DNA from: Octopus vulgaris
Taxonomy: Eukaryota
DNA: 64,000 nucleotides
Direction: 5' to 3'
Assembly (NCBI GenBank): GCA_951406725.2
Contig: OX597834.1
Location: 17,918,001-17,982,000, forward strand
Both the position numbers and the translations under genes were made by a program. The notes under the pieces are model-generated. The model searched no databases. It saw only the letters and a list, made by a program, of their open reading frames with translations, and was not told the origin of the DNA. How positions within the stretch are numbered: the first letter of the stretch is position 1; each line of letters begins with the position of its first letter. Below, one piece after another: positions 25,513-38,776 of this stretch.

Positions 25513-27339
25513 ATACAATGACAAAGAAGTAAGCCAATGTGGAATTCAGTAACCAGGAATATTTACAAAAATCAATTTAAAATGTGGTGATTTAAGGTAG
25601 GGGGTGGATGGGAGTGACTGACTGAGGGAGAAGAAAAGAGGGTGAGTGAATGAAACAAGTGTCAAAGTGGTGTGGGGGGGGGTCGAGTATGTGTGGGTGT
25701 ATTGAGATAAAATATGTAAATAGAAATTAAGAGAGAAAAAAGAAAAAGAAAGAATCTGCCTTCCACTCACCTGGTTAAATAAAAAAAAGTTAATATAACT
25801 TTAACAGACTAAACAGATGTTACCAAAACTGATTTGTAATTTAAAAAAAAAATTTTTTTATTTTAATATCAAAGTTTCCAGCTGATGCCTGCATTGGAAA
25901 AAGCTGACTTAAAAACGATGATGACGATGACAATAATGAAATTTAAAGTTAATATGCTTGACCATTAACAAGGGATGGACTTAAACGGAGATATCTTGCT
26001 ATTTTGTTGAATTATTATTATTACTATTATTTGTAGTTGTTCACTTTGTAATTCAGATTTGCTGAACTCATTGCACAATTTTAAACTGGCTACGACAAAG
26101 ATTCAATGTTAATATTATTGCTGCTGTTGTTGTTGCTGAATGGCTTTTGGAAAATCAGATTGATATCTGATCAAACACTTTACAGTCCATTGATGTTGTC
26201 ATTATTGATTAGCCATAGGGAAGCCTTAATCAAGAAGACCTATGATGAAAGACCTTCCAGCTGTGATCATTTCTTTATTCAGACACAGTGTGCCTGAGAC
26301 TAATCGATATATCCTCCCTATTTTTAGGACATGAGGTTGTGGTTTGTGAATGATCTGTTCAGCTGCTATTCCATAGAGGCTGAGTAATCATACAAAGACT
26401 TTCTTACTGAGTTAGTTTGATTGATATATTTCTTACCATGACAAGAAATACATGTTGCTAAGATGTTAAGCTTTCAAAGACAGTGGGAGATCTAAGTGGC
26501 TAGATATTTTTTCCACACACAAACTGCATATCTCACCTCTCTCTCTCTCAAACACGCGCGCGCACACACACACGTGCACACACAATATGTATGCAAACCA
26601 CAAGGGAGCCGCTGCAAAGTCATTCACTCAAACTACAAGACAAAGCAGCCAAGATTCCTTTATAGCACAAGCTTCTGTTTTAAATAATTAAAAGATATAT
26701 TAGATAATGATGAGATAAAAAAAAATCACAGCTGGAACACTTTTAATTTTATGAATACTTAATCTGGTGCTAAACAACAATAGGAATACACAAACACACA
26801 CACACACACATCACATTAGCACATAAACACACATACATAACATTAACACATACAAACAACATTAATCCTTTCACATCCAGATTATTCTGTGAAATGTAAT
26901 GCTTCTTTAATCACATTGTTTTGAATTAATCATTAATTATCTTGTAACCTCAAAATTTCAAAGATGTGATTCTTTACTTTTAGAGTGACATTGTAGGGTA
27001 GGTATGAGAGGTTAGAACTGGTTGTTTTAGACTTAAAATGGGTAGAATATTTGGGCTGGATATGGCTGGTTTAAATGCTAAGGGGTACTTGGATGTTGAA
27101 TGTCTCCCACAATAATTAACAACCAAGTATCAAAGCTTATAATGTCCAGAAAGGGACCCTGTGAGACCTCTGATAGCAGGATGCTGTCCGCCCTCATAAA
27201 ATCAACCAGTGCAAACAAGAATGAGCACTCTGAGAAGTAAAACAATAATAATAATTTTTAACACAGACTCAAGGCTATATACTCTGAGTTGGGAAGGTTT
27301 GCTTAACTGCACTGTCCTTAGTATTTCGCCTTAGTATTT

Positions 27340-27572
27340 AAGGCGGTGAGCTGGCAGAATCATTAGCACGTCGGGCAAAATGCCAAGCGGTATTTCGCCT
27401 GCCGTTACGTTCTGAGTTCAAATTCCGCCAAGGTCGACTTTGCCTTTCATCCTTTCAGGGTTGATAAATTAAGTACCAGTTACGCACTGGGGTCGATATA
27501 ATCGACTTAATCCGTCTGTCTGTCCTTGTTTGTCCCCTCTGTGTTTAGCCTCTTGTGGGTAGTAAAGAAATA
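27340..27572 (+). mobile_element. SINE family B monomer
   Basis: Full head, core and aaagaaata tail; flanked by agtattt on both sides. Confidence 0.88.
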
Positions 27573-29369
27573 AGTATTTCACTGACATTATTAACCCTTT
27601 ACTGGAATGTAATGAAATATAGTTTATCTCATTTTTGACCAAGTTTATTGACTGCTTCTTTTCCACTATGATGATAGCAAAAAAAAAATAAACAAAAAAA
27701 AACAAAACCAAACAATGGTCACAAAATTCTATTCATCTTTTATCTGAGAAAAAGTTTTAACAAAATTTGATATTAAAGGTAGAAAGCACAGAAAATAACT
27801 GCATCAAACCAGTTTATTTCGCAACTATATACGTGTTGAGAGTTTGAGGAAATTATCAGGCAGCCACAAGTTAACGAGGCAAATTAATACAAAGGTGAGT
27901 CAGAAAATGATGCTATTTTTATTTGCATTACTTTCTACTCCTCACAGATGTATTGGGGAGTCAAAAAGTATTGCAAATAAAAATTGCATTACTCTCTGAC
28001 ATGGTGGGGAGACACTCTAATGTATGTATACTAATATGTACAGCATCATGTACACGGAGACATCAAGAATTCAAGACAATTCACAGTCATCACCTCTCGG
28101 TGATGAGAGAAACAGATATTTTGTCTCGCTACCATGAACACACACACATCAAAAGTCCAAGGATAATAACCGTAGACAAAAACCAATTCAGTAAAACTCC
28201 CATAAAAAGACTAAATTTGTGTGAAGTGAAGAGAAAAGAATTCCAATAAATCTTCAAAAGTACCAACAACATTAGTTCCTTCATTTATGACGAACCATTC
28301 TCGATTACCTATTAATGAAATCTTCAGTGAGCATTGTTAACGAGTAGGAGAAAATTCTCTCTTTCTCTCTTTCCTTTATTTCTCCCTTTATACACTTATA
28401 ACTCTCTCTCACTCTCTCTCAACAATAAATTGGTTACTCAACAACTCATACCCAATCATTGACGCAACACTGTAAATCTTGGACACTTGATTGCCAATGG
28501 CCCAGTCCAACTTGCTGCTGCTGCTGCTACTACCACTGCTTCTTTTTCTTTCCACATTTGCCTTCCATGCTGATGGCATGGGTTGGACACGTTTCTCGGG
28601 ACCCAATAGGTCAAAGGGCTGTGTTGTGCTCCAATGCCTGCTTTAGCAGGGTTACTATGGCTGGTAGCCAAGCAGCTTGCAAGACTAAGATCTCCTTTGA
28701 CAGAATGACACAACCTGTGCACACACGCATACACAAATTCACATACACACCTGTACATATACATACACACACAATATATGCATACACGTGCACATACACA
28801 TACGTATACACAGACACAGACACACACAAACATGCACACACATATGCATGCACACACACACATGAATGCATACACCTAACACTCACAACCCCATGGATAT
28901 ATGTATATACACCCACATAAGCATACACGCACATACGACACACAAATAAACCCACACATACCTCCCATGCACACAGCACACATACAAGCACACAATTATA
29001 CATATACACACATACAAGCACACACACACACATACACAAAGTAAAGCACAGTTATTCCCCACACACACAACCTCTACACATACACACACGAACACACATA
29101 CATACACACACACTGCAAACAAAACACACATACACACACATCAAAATACCAGTACCTTCCACTGACCATTCTTCTACGCACATGGGTAGGTAGACACAAG
29201 AGCCACTCCTACTATCATTCTTCCAAGCCCAACCACACACATAGATTAACAGCCACAACAACACACACACACAGACCTCCTTATCCACACATACCTCCTT
29301 CTCTTGCACTCTCCTGTCTTTGAAAGAACATTTTCTTCACCCATTACCTTCCAGTCATTCAAAATATGA

Positions 29370-29573
29370 CCGCGTGTGTATCGTTGGTGATTTTTTCCCT
29401 CTGTCTTCCTTTCCTTGGATCTTTCCTTTTCCTATGTTTCTGACGAAGAGCTCCGCTCGAAATGTTAAATCCTCCTCCTTTCTTTCCTTTCCTGAGCGTC
29501 CAATAACACTATACTTGTTCCACGTCCTCGCGTTGTTGTGTTTTCTCTTTGTATTTTTATGTTTGGATTAACC
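29370..29573 (+). mobile_element. Penelope-like terminal fragment carrying a minimal hammerhead
   Basis: Second copy at 58822-59025 (-). Contains CTGACGA-A-GAGCtccGCTC-GAAA and ends in (TA)n. Confidence 0.65.
29436..29470 (+). ncRNA. Minimal hammerhead ribozyme-like motif
   Basis: GTTT-CTGACGA-A-GAGC-TCC-GCTC-GAAA-TG-TT-AAAT. The consensus with the 58923 copy gives GAAA-CG-T(A/T). Confidence 0.55.
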
Positions 29574-30205
29574 CTATATATATATATCATCATCATCATC
29601 ATTTAGCGTCCGTTTTCCATGCTAGCATGGGTTGGACGGTTTAACTGGGGTCTGTGAAGCCGGAAGGCTTTATCAGGCCCAGTCAGATTTGGCAGTGTTT
29701 CTACGGCTGGATGCCCTTCCTAACGCCAACCACTCCGTGAGTGTAGTGGGTGCTTTTTACGTGCCACCTGCACACGTATATATATATATATATATATATA
29801 TCAGTTACTATTTAACCCCATGTCAATAGTTATATACATACATTGTTATTTCACCACAGATCAGCAGTGATCAAGAACACCAATGATTAAATGCATTCCA
29901 GCCATGAGCATCCCATTTTTTTTTTTTTTAGATATATCTCTAATAGTGACTTTATTTAATGTGCTCTTTTCTCTTCTAAGCCAGAAAGGTGTGATTTGAG
30001 GGAAATTTGGCTACTAATTCTATTACTACTATGGCTGAAAACCCTTTTATTTTATGCCTACTTAATCAGGGCTGATCTAAGCTAAACAGTACAAACAATG
30101 GGAGAATTTGCTTTCCCATTTCAAACCAATACAATACTCAACAATAAACCCTGGATTACCATTTACAGTGGGAACTGTGCTTTCTTATATTACATACACA
30201 GATGA

Positions 30206-30450
30206 TGTATTTGCATAGCGAGTGACTTGATCTGAGATCGTGTGCTGGAACGAAAACAATTACAGCGTGGAAAGTGTTTATAAGCCATTTAAGAAACACA
30301 AAACCATTAGTTTCACTTCAACATTGAAATTTAATTTGTCAAAATATTTTCGTCACGGTCTCAAAGCGACGAAAATATTTTGACAAATTAAATTTAAATG
30401 TTGAAGTGAATCTAATGGTTTTGTGTGTTTCTTAAATGGCTTCCATGCTG
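30206..30450. mobile_element. Fold-back insertion (about 70-bp arms, 30282-30442) with 13-bp target-site duplication
   Basis: catacacagatga at 30193-30205 and 30451-30463; arms aagccatttaagaaacac...ttttcgtc / gacgaaaa...gtgtttcttaaatggctt. Confidence 0.8.
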
Positions 30451-30520
30451 CATACACAGATGAGCCAGTTGTGAATCATGTAACGTATATGTGGATTGGC
30501 TGCCCAGGCTGTCCCCTAGT

Positions 30521-30797
30521 ACAGGGGTTCCCAACCACCGAGCTGCGGAACAGCACTGTACCAAGAATCCTTTAGTACCAGGCTGTGCAGAAAGAACAGA
30601 TTTTAAAATTTTATTTTTATTTTATTGATTATTGCAGCCAGCAAGATGTCTTTGCATTCAACAAGTATTATACATGCAATGTATGTGTTTTATTCGTTAT
30701 GTACTTTATTGTTTTGTTATGCGCATGATCTGGTCTGTGGAAAAATTGTTTGGCATGGAACCAGTCCATGGTGTAAAAAAAGGTGGGTGTACTACTG
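30521..30797. mobile_element. hAT-like MITE, decayed
   Basis: Begins CAGGGGTTCCCAAC and ends with degenerate ggtgggtgtactactg. Confidence 0.55.
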
Positions 30798-32235
30798 GTC
30801 TTGTACACTAACATATTTGCTTTGATCATACACTTTGGAACTATTTTGCTGTGGTCCTGGAGGTGCCTTTAATACAAGCAACTCTAGTGAAAGGTATCTA
30901 TCATTGATCAATCAGTTAATTGATTGAACCATCATTTCCTACAATCTGGAAATTGTAAGAAATCTTAAAAAAATAAAAGGAAGGAAACACCACACAAGAA
31001 AAGAAGAAATTATTGAACAGAAATTCTACAGAACAAAAAGAAAATATATAAAGATAATGGTGCCTGTAAGAATTCAATGTTTCATCAATGAATACCAAAA
31101 TCATGAAATACTGGGTTATTTCAGAGACATTCCTTGTAATTTATGTTTTAGAATATTTCTTCACTGCTACAATTTAAAACTGTTATCTTTTGATGGCATA
31201 TTTTCGTGATTCTGTTTTAAAAGTAGCTGATTTAATTCCATGTAGATACTGAGCAAATATATTTAATATTGATTTTGCATGAATTTTATTTTTTGCATTG
31301 TTAACGAAAGGTGATGTGTTTATTTGCTCTGGGAAAGAAATGCTTTAAATAATGTTTAGCAATGAATTCATTATATGGATATAAAAAAAAGCACAATGAA
31401 TTTGACTGATAATGCATTTTTCATGGCGATGATTTTTAGCAGACACCAAAGTTTAGTTGTATTTCACTGTATTATGTTACAGAGAATAGTAATTAGAGCC
31501 ATGTTGGAGGTATAAAACAAAACCAAAGTCAATGCAGTAGAAAATGGGGAGAGAAATGGAAAACTGAAACAAATTCCTATGCAATTGCAATTATGCAGAA
31601 GCAGAACAAAGAACATTTTGAAAATATCAATGAAGAAGAGACAAACTAAAATTAAGTGTAGCATTGTTTAGGAAGTGAATGAAAGTGATATGAAGGAAAT
31701 GCCATCAAAATTGGTCGTACAGTTTGATTGCTGTTCACAGTTGTATAAAGACAGATGAAAATAGTTAAAACAAAAACAAAATAAAAGATAAAATTTTTTA
31801 CATATTCAACCAGCAACTGGTTTTAGTTTTGTATTCTGCTTAATGAATGTTAGGCATAAAAGGTTTTATCATATTTTACATTTTATTTTAAAGTTCAATT
31901 AATTTGATTAAATTTAATTGGAGTGTAGAGAAGTGTATATTTAATACTGTATAGCAGCAGCAGCAGTTGTATTAATGATGATGATGATGATGATTTGCAA
32001 CAGTGACATTGTTTTCAGACAAAAGCATGGGTGTATGGGTAAGGAGATTGCTTCCAAACCATGTTGTCTTGAGTTCAACCCCACTGGGCAGCATCTTAGT
32101 CAAGTGCTTGCTTTAGCCTAGAGCCAATCAAAGCTAGCCTTGCGAGTGAATTTGGTAGATGGAAACTAAAAGAAGCCTGTCATGTACATATATATGTATG
32201 TGTGTGTGTATATATATATAATATATATATACACA

Positions 32236-32572
32236 CATGGCTCAGTGGGTAGAGCATTGGGTTCACAACCATGAGGTAGTGAGTTGGATTCCTGGACCAG
32301 GCTGTGTGTTGTGTTCTTGAGCAAGACACTTTATTTCACATTGCTCCAGTTCACTCAGCTGTAGAACTGAGTTGCAACATCACTGGTACCAAGCTGTATG
32401 GGCCTTTGCCTTTCCCTTGGATAACATCAGTGGTATCAATTGTAGGGGAGATTGTTATGCAAGGGCAACTGCTGGTTTTCCATAAAACAACTTTGCCTTG
32501 ACTTGTGCTTCAGAGTGGAACTTTCTAGGTGCAATCCCATGGTCATTTATGACTGAAGGGAGTCTTTACCCT
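32236..32572 (+). mobile_element. SINE family D
   Basis: Head tggctcagtgg, core gttcttgagcaagacactttatttcac. Related copies at 40600-40886, 43190-43275, and on the minus strand near 18200-18415 and 50915-51212. Confidence 0.8.
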
Positions 32573-32587
32573 TTATATGTATATATA

Positions 32588-32898
32588 TCACCGTGATCAC
32601 CGTGACCAACCAGGCTATCAGATGTTGCTACACATCGCTGGTCACAATGCGCTTTGCATTGTTTTAGCCTTCAAATGAAGCCACCCCGCTGGCTAAGCGA
32701 GCAGGCCAACAGAAGAAAGAGTGAGAGAAAGTTGTGGCGAAAGAGTACAGCAGGGATCGCCACAACCCCCTGCTGGAGCCTCGTGGAGCTTTAGGTGTTT
32801 TCGCTCAATAAACACTCACAACGCCTGGTCTGGGAATCGAAACCGCGATCCTACAACCGCGAGTCTGCTACCCTAACCACTGGGCCATTGCGCCTCCA
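32588..32898 (-). mobile_element. SINE with family C head and a different 3' body
   Basis: Head matches 44831 onward (ggaggcgcaatggcccagtggttaggg); the sequences diverge after ctttctctcactct. Confidence 0.8.
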
Positions 32899-32904
32899 CA
32901 TATG

Positions 32905-32947
<43 letters not shown>

Positions 32948-34760
32948 ATGTGTTTATATGTATATGTGTCTTTGTGGTTGTCTCCTACCACCACTTGGTT
33001 AGCTAGTGTTGGTTTGTTTACATCCCAGTAAGTTTGGCAAAAGAGACTGACAGAATAAGTACCAGACTAAAAAATAAACAAACAAACAAATAAACAAGTT
33101 CTGGGGGTCAATTTGTTAGACTAACCCCTTTAAGCAAAACCCTTCAAGGTGGTGCTCCAGCCTAGCCACAGTTCAACGACTGCAACATTTTAGTTTTGTG
33201 TTCTGTGTCATAAATATTGAACATAAAGCTTTGATTTAATTTTCAGTTTTACTTTAAAGTTCAATTAAATTTAATTAGACTGTAGAGAAGAATATATTTA
33301 ATAATGTGTAGCAGTAGTGATGTTGATGATGATGATGATGATGACTTGCTACAATGACATTATTGCTTATAAAGAAAGAACTATTTCCACTGGATTATTA
33401 TTATTATTATTATTATTATGGTGTTACAGAGAAAATGTAACATCTTTACAAATAAGTTTGGTTAGGATTCATTGCTGTTCACTTAGAATTCATACCAAAC
33501 CATTAATTTTATTTTATATTTCAATAAACTTGGAGCGAAAAAGAAAAAAAGAGGTAAAAAAAATTCAAATAGATCAATGAATGCCAAAGAAAAATATTTT
33601 TATTTTTTGAACGAGTAACTAATCAATAAAACAAAAATTAAAGAGGAAGAAAACAACCTCCTCTCGATTTCCAAAGAGCAACCTAATTTCACAATAATTT
33701 AAGATTAGTTTTCAAATAAGCAATAGTCTGGAAATAAAATCTTGTATATTTATTGGTAATTTATAGGTGATTTATTGGTTCAATCACTGGATTGGAATAA
33801 CTGGTTTAAACTGGTTTGTTGTGGAGATTAACGAAGAGTTAATCTGGAACAGTTTGGTAAAGTGTGGTCTGTTGTGGTAGGCAGTGTGTAGTGGTATGGT
33901 GCACAATGGTGACTGTGTTGTAGGCTGTGCTGTGGTATGGTGTACAATGGTGGTATACTGTGTTGTAGTTTGTGTCATAGTATAGAGTGGTGTATTGTAG
34001 GTTCCCATGTCTCTGTACAAGCACTTACATGTACACACACACTTACCAAATGCAATCACAAGGCTTATACTGCATTGTGGTGTGTGTGTATTAGAGTAGT
34101 CGTGCAGTATGGCATGTTGCATATGCGGTACAGTGTGTGTATATTGTAGTGAGTTATGGTATGTGTTTGTGTCATAGTGCATTTTATGTGATACCAGCAC
34201 CAGCGGTTTTAGTGTGACACTAGCACCAGCGGTTTCTATGTGGTACCAGCACCAACAGGGTCACCGAGTACCTTTGAACTGGGTGGGTGGGCAGGGTAGA
34301 GGTGACTGAAGGTGACTGAATAAGGGAGTGAAATATAGAAAAGGCACAGGTGTAGGGGCTGTGGCAGGTATGCGAGGGCATTGAGGGGGATTGCAGGTAA
34401 GCAAGGTGTTAACATTCGTGTGTTTTTCAATCAGGTATCGAGTGTCTTATAATTAGGAATTTGAAACGTTCATGCATTTCCCAGGGATGTTAAACCATGA
34501 TTGAAGTGAAAATGCTTTATCAGAGTTGATTATAAAGAAATATCTTTGCCGTTACTAAGAATACTTTCGTAACCATGCAGCTTCTTGTGTGTGGGTGGGT
34601 ATTGGATGCTTATGGATGCATGGATGTGTATATATAAATATAAACGGCTTTTGTTAAAAATCTTTGCACAAAAATAAGCCTATTATTATTAGGAATTATA
34701 AACCACATTTCTAATTTAATTATAGTTGATAAAAACCTACAACATAAATTGATTGTGCAC

Positions 34761-34811
<51 letters not shown>

Positions 34812-34889
34812 CATACATACACACATATAGTTATATATATATACTTTAATCTAAATAAAGAAACCTCCCACTATGATTCTCTCTCTCTT

Positions 34890-34934
<45 letters not shown>

Positions 34935-35027
34935 AATATTTATGGTTATTTATACACACACACATATGTATATATGCTTTACTCGAAATGAAGATACCTT
35001 CCACTTTGAATCGCTCTCTCTCGCTAT

Positions 35028-35420
35028 CATCATCATCATCATTTAACGTCTGCTTTTCATGCTAGCATGGGTTGGACGGTTTGACTGAGGTCTGGCGAAC
35101 CAGACTCCAATCTGATCTGGCAGAGTTTCTACAGCTGGATGCCCTTCCTAATGCCAACCACTCCGAGAGTGTAGTGGGTGCTTTTACGTGCCACCTGTAC
35201 GAGGGCCAGTTTGGTGGTACTGGCAACGGCCACACCCAAATGGTGCTTTTTACGTGCCACCTGCACAGGAGCCAGTCAAGTGGCACTGGCAACGACCTTG
35301 CTCGAGTATTTCACATGCCACCAGCACAAGTACTGGTAAGGGGACGCGGTAACGATCACACTTGAATGGTGTGCATCAGCACGGAGGCCAGCTTGTTGCT
35401 CTGCAACGATTTCACTCATA
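35028..35420 (-). mobile_element. SINE family E
   Basis: (CAT)n tail and degenerate internal units, as at 24299-24800. Confidence 0.8.
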
Positions 35421-35458
35421 TGGTATGTATAAATAAAAAAAAACACAAATACATATAA

Positions 35459-35675
35459 GCAAAAAGTTAAATTCTGGTCATAGAGTTATCAAAGGTTTCA
35501 TATCCACAAAAGCCAAAGCCTTGTGGGCAGCTCACCAAACACTATACAAAGACAAACTCATGGTAGAAAGTTTAATTTCTCTCTTTGTATTGAGTCTGAT
35601 GAGCTGCCCACAAGGCTGTGGTTTTCATGGATATGAAACCTTTGATAACTCTATGACCAGAATTTAACTTTTTGC
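35459..35675. repeat. Long inverted repeat (about 90-bp arms) containing a hammerhead-like core
   Basis: gcaaaaagttaaattctggtcatagagttatcaaaggtttcatatcca... mirrored by ...tggatatgaaacctttgataactctatgaccagaatttaactttttgc. Confidence 0.92.
35592..35651 (+). ncRNA. Degenerate type I hammerhead-like motif
   Basis: GAGT-CTGATGA-[gctgcccacaaggc..tggatat]-GAAA-cctttga-TA-ACTC. Stem I is complementary; stems II and III are imperfect. Confidence 0.5.
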
Positions 35676-37627
35676 ATATATGTGTATGTGTGTGCATGTG
35701 TGTGTGTGTGTGTGTGTGTGAGGATGTGTATGTGTGTATGCATATATTACTGCTATTATGTTAAACTGTCATATATCCAAATTTGGCCAAATGTGTCGTT
35801 TTCAATATCTATTTTTGCTTGCAATAGCCAGTTCTTTTGGTCAAACTACTATAACTCCAGCTGCTTCAGATGCCAAGATATGAAAATTGTCAAGATGTTG
35901 AAAATTGTCAAATTGTCAAAGTGTATGTATAAACATTATATACACAGACACACAGGCAAGCACACTTTACTCTAGAGAACTTCACCCACGCTCGTTGATT
36001 CTCTTCCTGTAGATATGTATGTATCTTTTGTCAGTGATGTTTGTAGTCTCAACCACACATTGTTTAAAAATTGGAAACATTCTTTCCTCAATCTTCCTGG
36101 CCAAAAAATGGTTTCTTCCACAATGCAAACATAATCATGTAGTTAAAAGGTCCACTTTTACAACCATCCACATGGTTAAGACCTGTGGCTCAGTTTCAAT
36201 CCTACTGCACAGCGCATTAGATGAGCGACTTCTCCCTATTGCTTTGAGTCAATCAATACCTTAAGAAGGAAATCTGGCAGATGAAAGAAACTGTGAAGAA
36301 GCCTGTTGTGTGTGTGTGTTGTGTAAAGTGGTGTAAAACAGCAAGTGATGTTGCATGGCTTTATATCAAAAGGTAAACTTAACCATTTGACAAACAGAAA
36401 CTGATGAAAATAAGTAAAGGGGTCAATATTATTGACCTTTAAGTGATGCTCAAGCATGGCCACAGTCCAATGACTGAAACCAGTGAAAAAATAAAAGGAA
36501 TTTCCATAGATATTTGAAATGAAATATATAATATTAATAATAATTTCAAATCTTGGCACAAGGCCAGCAATTTCGGGGTAAGGGGTAAGTCAATTACATT
36601 GACCCCAGTGTTCAACTGGTACTTATTTCATCAATCCCAAAAGGATAGAAGTCAAATTTGATCATGGTGGAATTTGAACTCAGAACATAAAGACAGAGAA
36701 AATGCCGCTAAGCAAAGGATTCTGTCCAGCATGCTAAGGATGCTGACAGCTGGTCACCTTACAACTACTACTACCACCACCACCACTAGTAATGATGAGG
36801 ATTTTTTTTTATTTGCCACAGGGGTATCTAACGAAGTGCATTACAAAGGCAGTTAAAAATATGGGGTGGGGGTGGGTATATAAAAGACAAGGGAAAAAGA
36901 AAGGGAATAAAACCAGAAACTTTTCAGCACCCCTCATAAATACCAAACTTTTTAAAAAAATGTGTACTGGTGTCATTTATGACTAAACCCTTCAAGATGT
37001 GCTCTAGCATGGCCACTGACCAATGACAGAAACAAGTAAAAGGTTAAAAGTAAACATAGTAAGAATACAAAGACCAGTTGGATTATATAAGATTAAAAGG
37101 CAAATTATAAACTGTTTGTTTTGACTTTTGTCAGTCAACAAGTAGACAGTTTACCTCTAATGACTCTGACCTATTGTAGAATGTTTGTCTGAAGTACTGT
37201 TTTTACATAAATATTCAGCCATTTAGAGAAATGCTTTTTTGTTTTCAAAGTATTTATAGCAGCAAAATGTCAAGAATTTTTAACTTAAGAAAACAATAGC
37301 TTCTTGAGTGAACATGGTCAAACAAATCAACATGAGTACTTATTCTATCAACATCTTTTTTCCCCCAAACTTCTATGTATGACAAAATGCTTCTAGATAT
37401 AGATAGAAATGCTACTTGAACTTCTATACTGGACAAAATGCTTAGTGGAATACAATCCACCATTCTGGGTTCAAATTTTGTTGAGGTCAACTTTGCATTT
37501 CATCCTTTGAGAGACAATAAAATTCATATCAGTTTAGCTCTGAGGACTCTCTCTAAAACTGTTGACCTTATGCTAAAATTAGAAAGAATTATTTTAGATT
37601 TCCCTTTTATCACACATAAAACAAGTT

Positions 37628-37705
37628 ATCACACATAAAACACAAATATATCACACACAAAACACAAATATATCACACACAAAACACAAATATATCACAC
37701 ATAAA
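37628..37705. repeat. 22-bp tandem repeat, about 3.5 copies
   Basis: atcacaca(t/c)aaaacacaaatat repeated. Confidence 0.85.
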
Positions 37706-38039
37706 ATAGAAAATATTTCTCATAAAAAAATTATATTTGTAAGTAGTTGCAAACTGAAATACACACAGACACAAGCACCCACACAGACACATACCCCAGA
37801 CAGCAGAATCTGATGCATTCCATCAGCTTATTGGCTCCTGTCAAACTGTCCAACCCATGCCAGCATGGAAAGCAGATGTTAAATGATGATGATATAGTTG
37901 GAAATGAGTTTTCAATCTGCAATTACTTTCAAATATACATTTTTTATAGGAAAACTTTGCTTGTAAATGTAATGACATCAAAGAATTAAGCTGTTTAGCA
38001 ATTAAAAAGAGAAATATGTAATTATAATACTTAATACAT

Positions 38040-38776
38040 TTAAGGTGGTGAGCTGGCAGTATTATAAGTATGCCAGGCAAAATGCTTAGATGCATTTTGT
38101 CTGTCTTTATGTTCTGAGTTCAAATTCTGCTGAGGTCGACTTTGCTCTTCATCTTTTCAGGGTCAGTAAAATAAGAACCATTTGAACACTGGGGTTGATG
38201 TAATTGACTTACCCCTCCCCCAAAATTGCTAGTCTTGTGCTAAAATTCAAAACCACTATTAGCATTTTGTAAGGCAGTGAGCTGGCAGAATCATTAGCAC
38301 ACTGGGTAAAATGGTCAGCAGCATTTTGTTCATCTGTATGTTCTGAGTTCAAATTCTGCCAAAGTCGACTCTACCTTTCATCCTTTCAGGGTCAGTAGAA
38401 TACCAGTTGAGCACTGGGGCTGAGCCAATCGACTTACTCCACCCACCCCTGAACATGCTAGCCTTGAGCAGCCAAAATCTGAAACCAATATTTAATACAT
38501 TGCCAGCTTCGTCTGGTCTCTGTGCTGGTGGCACATAAAAAGCACCATCCGATCATGGCTGTTTGCCAGCTTCGTCTAGCACCTATGCCGGTGGCACGTA
38601 AAAAGTACCCACTACACTCATGGAGTGGTTGGCATTAGGAAGGGCATCCAGCTGTAGAAACATTGCCAGATCAGACTGGGCCTGGTGCAGCCTTCTGGCT
38701 TCCCAGACCCCAGGTGAACCGTCCAACCCATGCTAGCATGGAAAGCGGACGTTAAACGATGATGATGATGATGATG
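38040..38776 (+). mobile_element. Cluster of two older family B SINEs and a family E SINE
   Basis: Heads ggtggtgagctggcag at about 38043 and 38272; family E tail ends in (gat)n at 38776. Confidence 0.8.

Noticed and set aside
27923-28249. 108-aa plus-strand ORF
   Set aside because: Non-ATG start, no recognisable domain, antisense to PLD.
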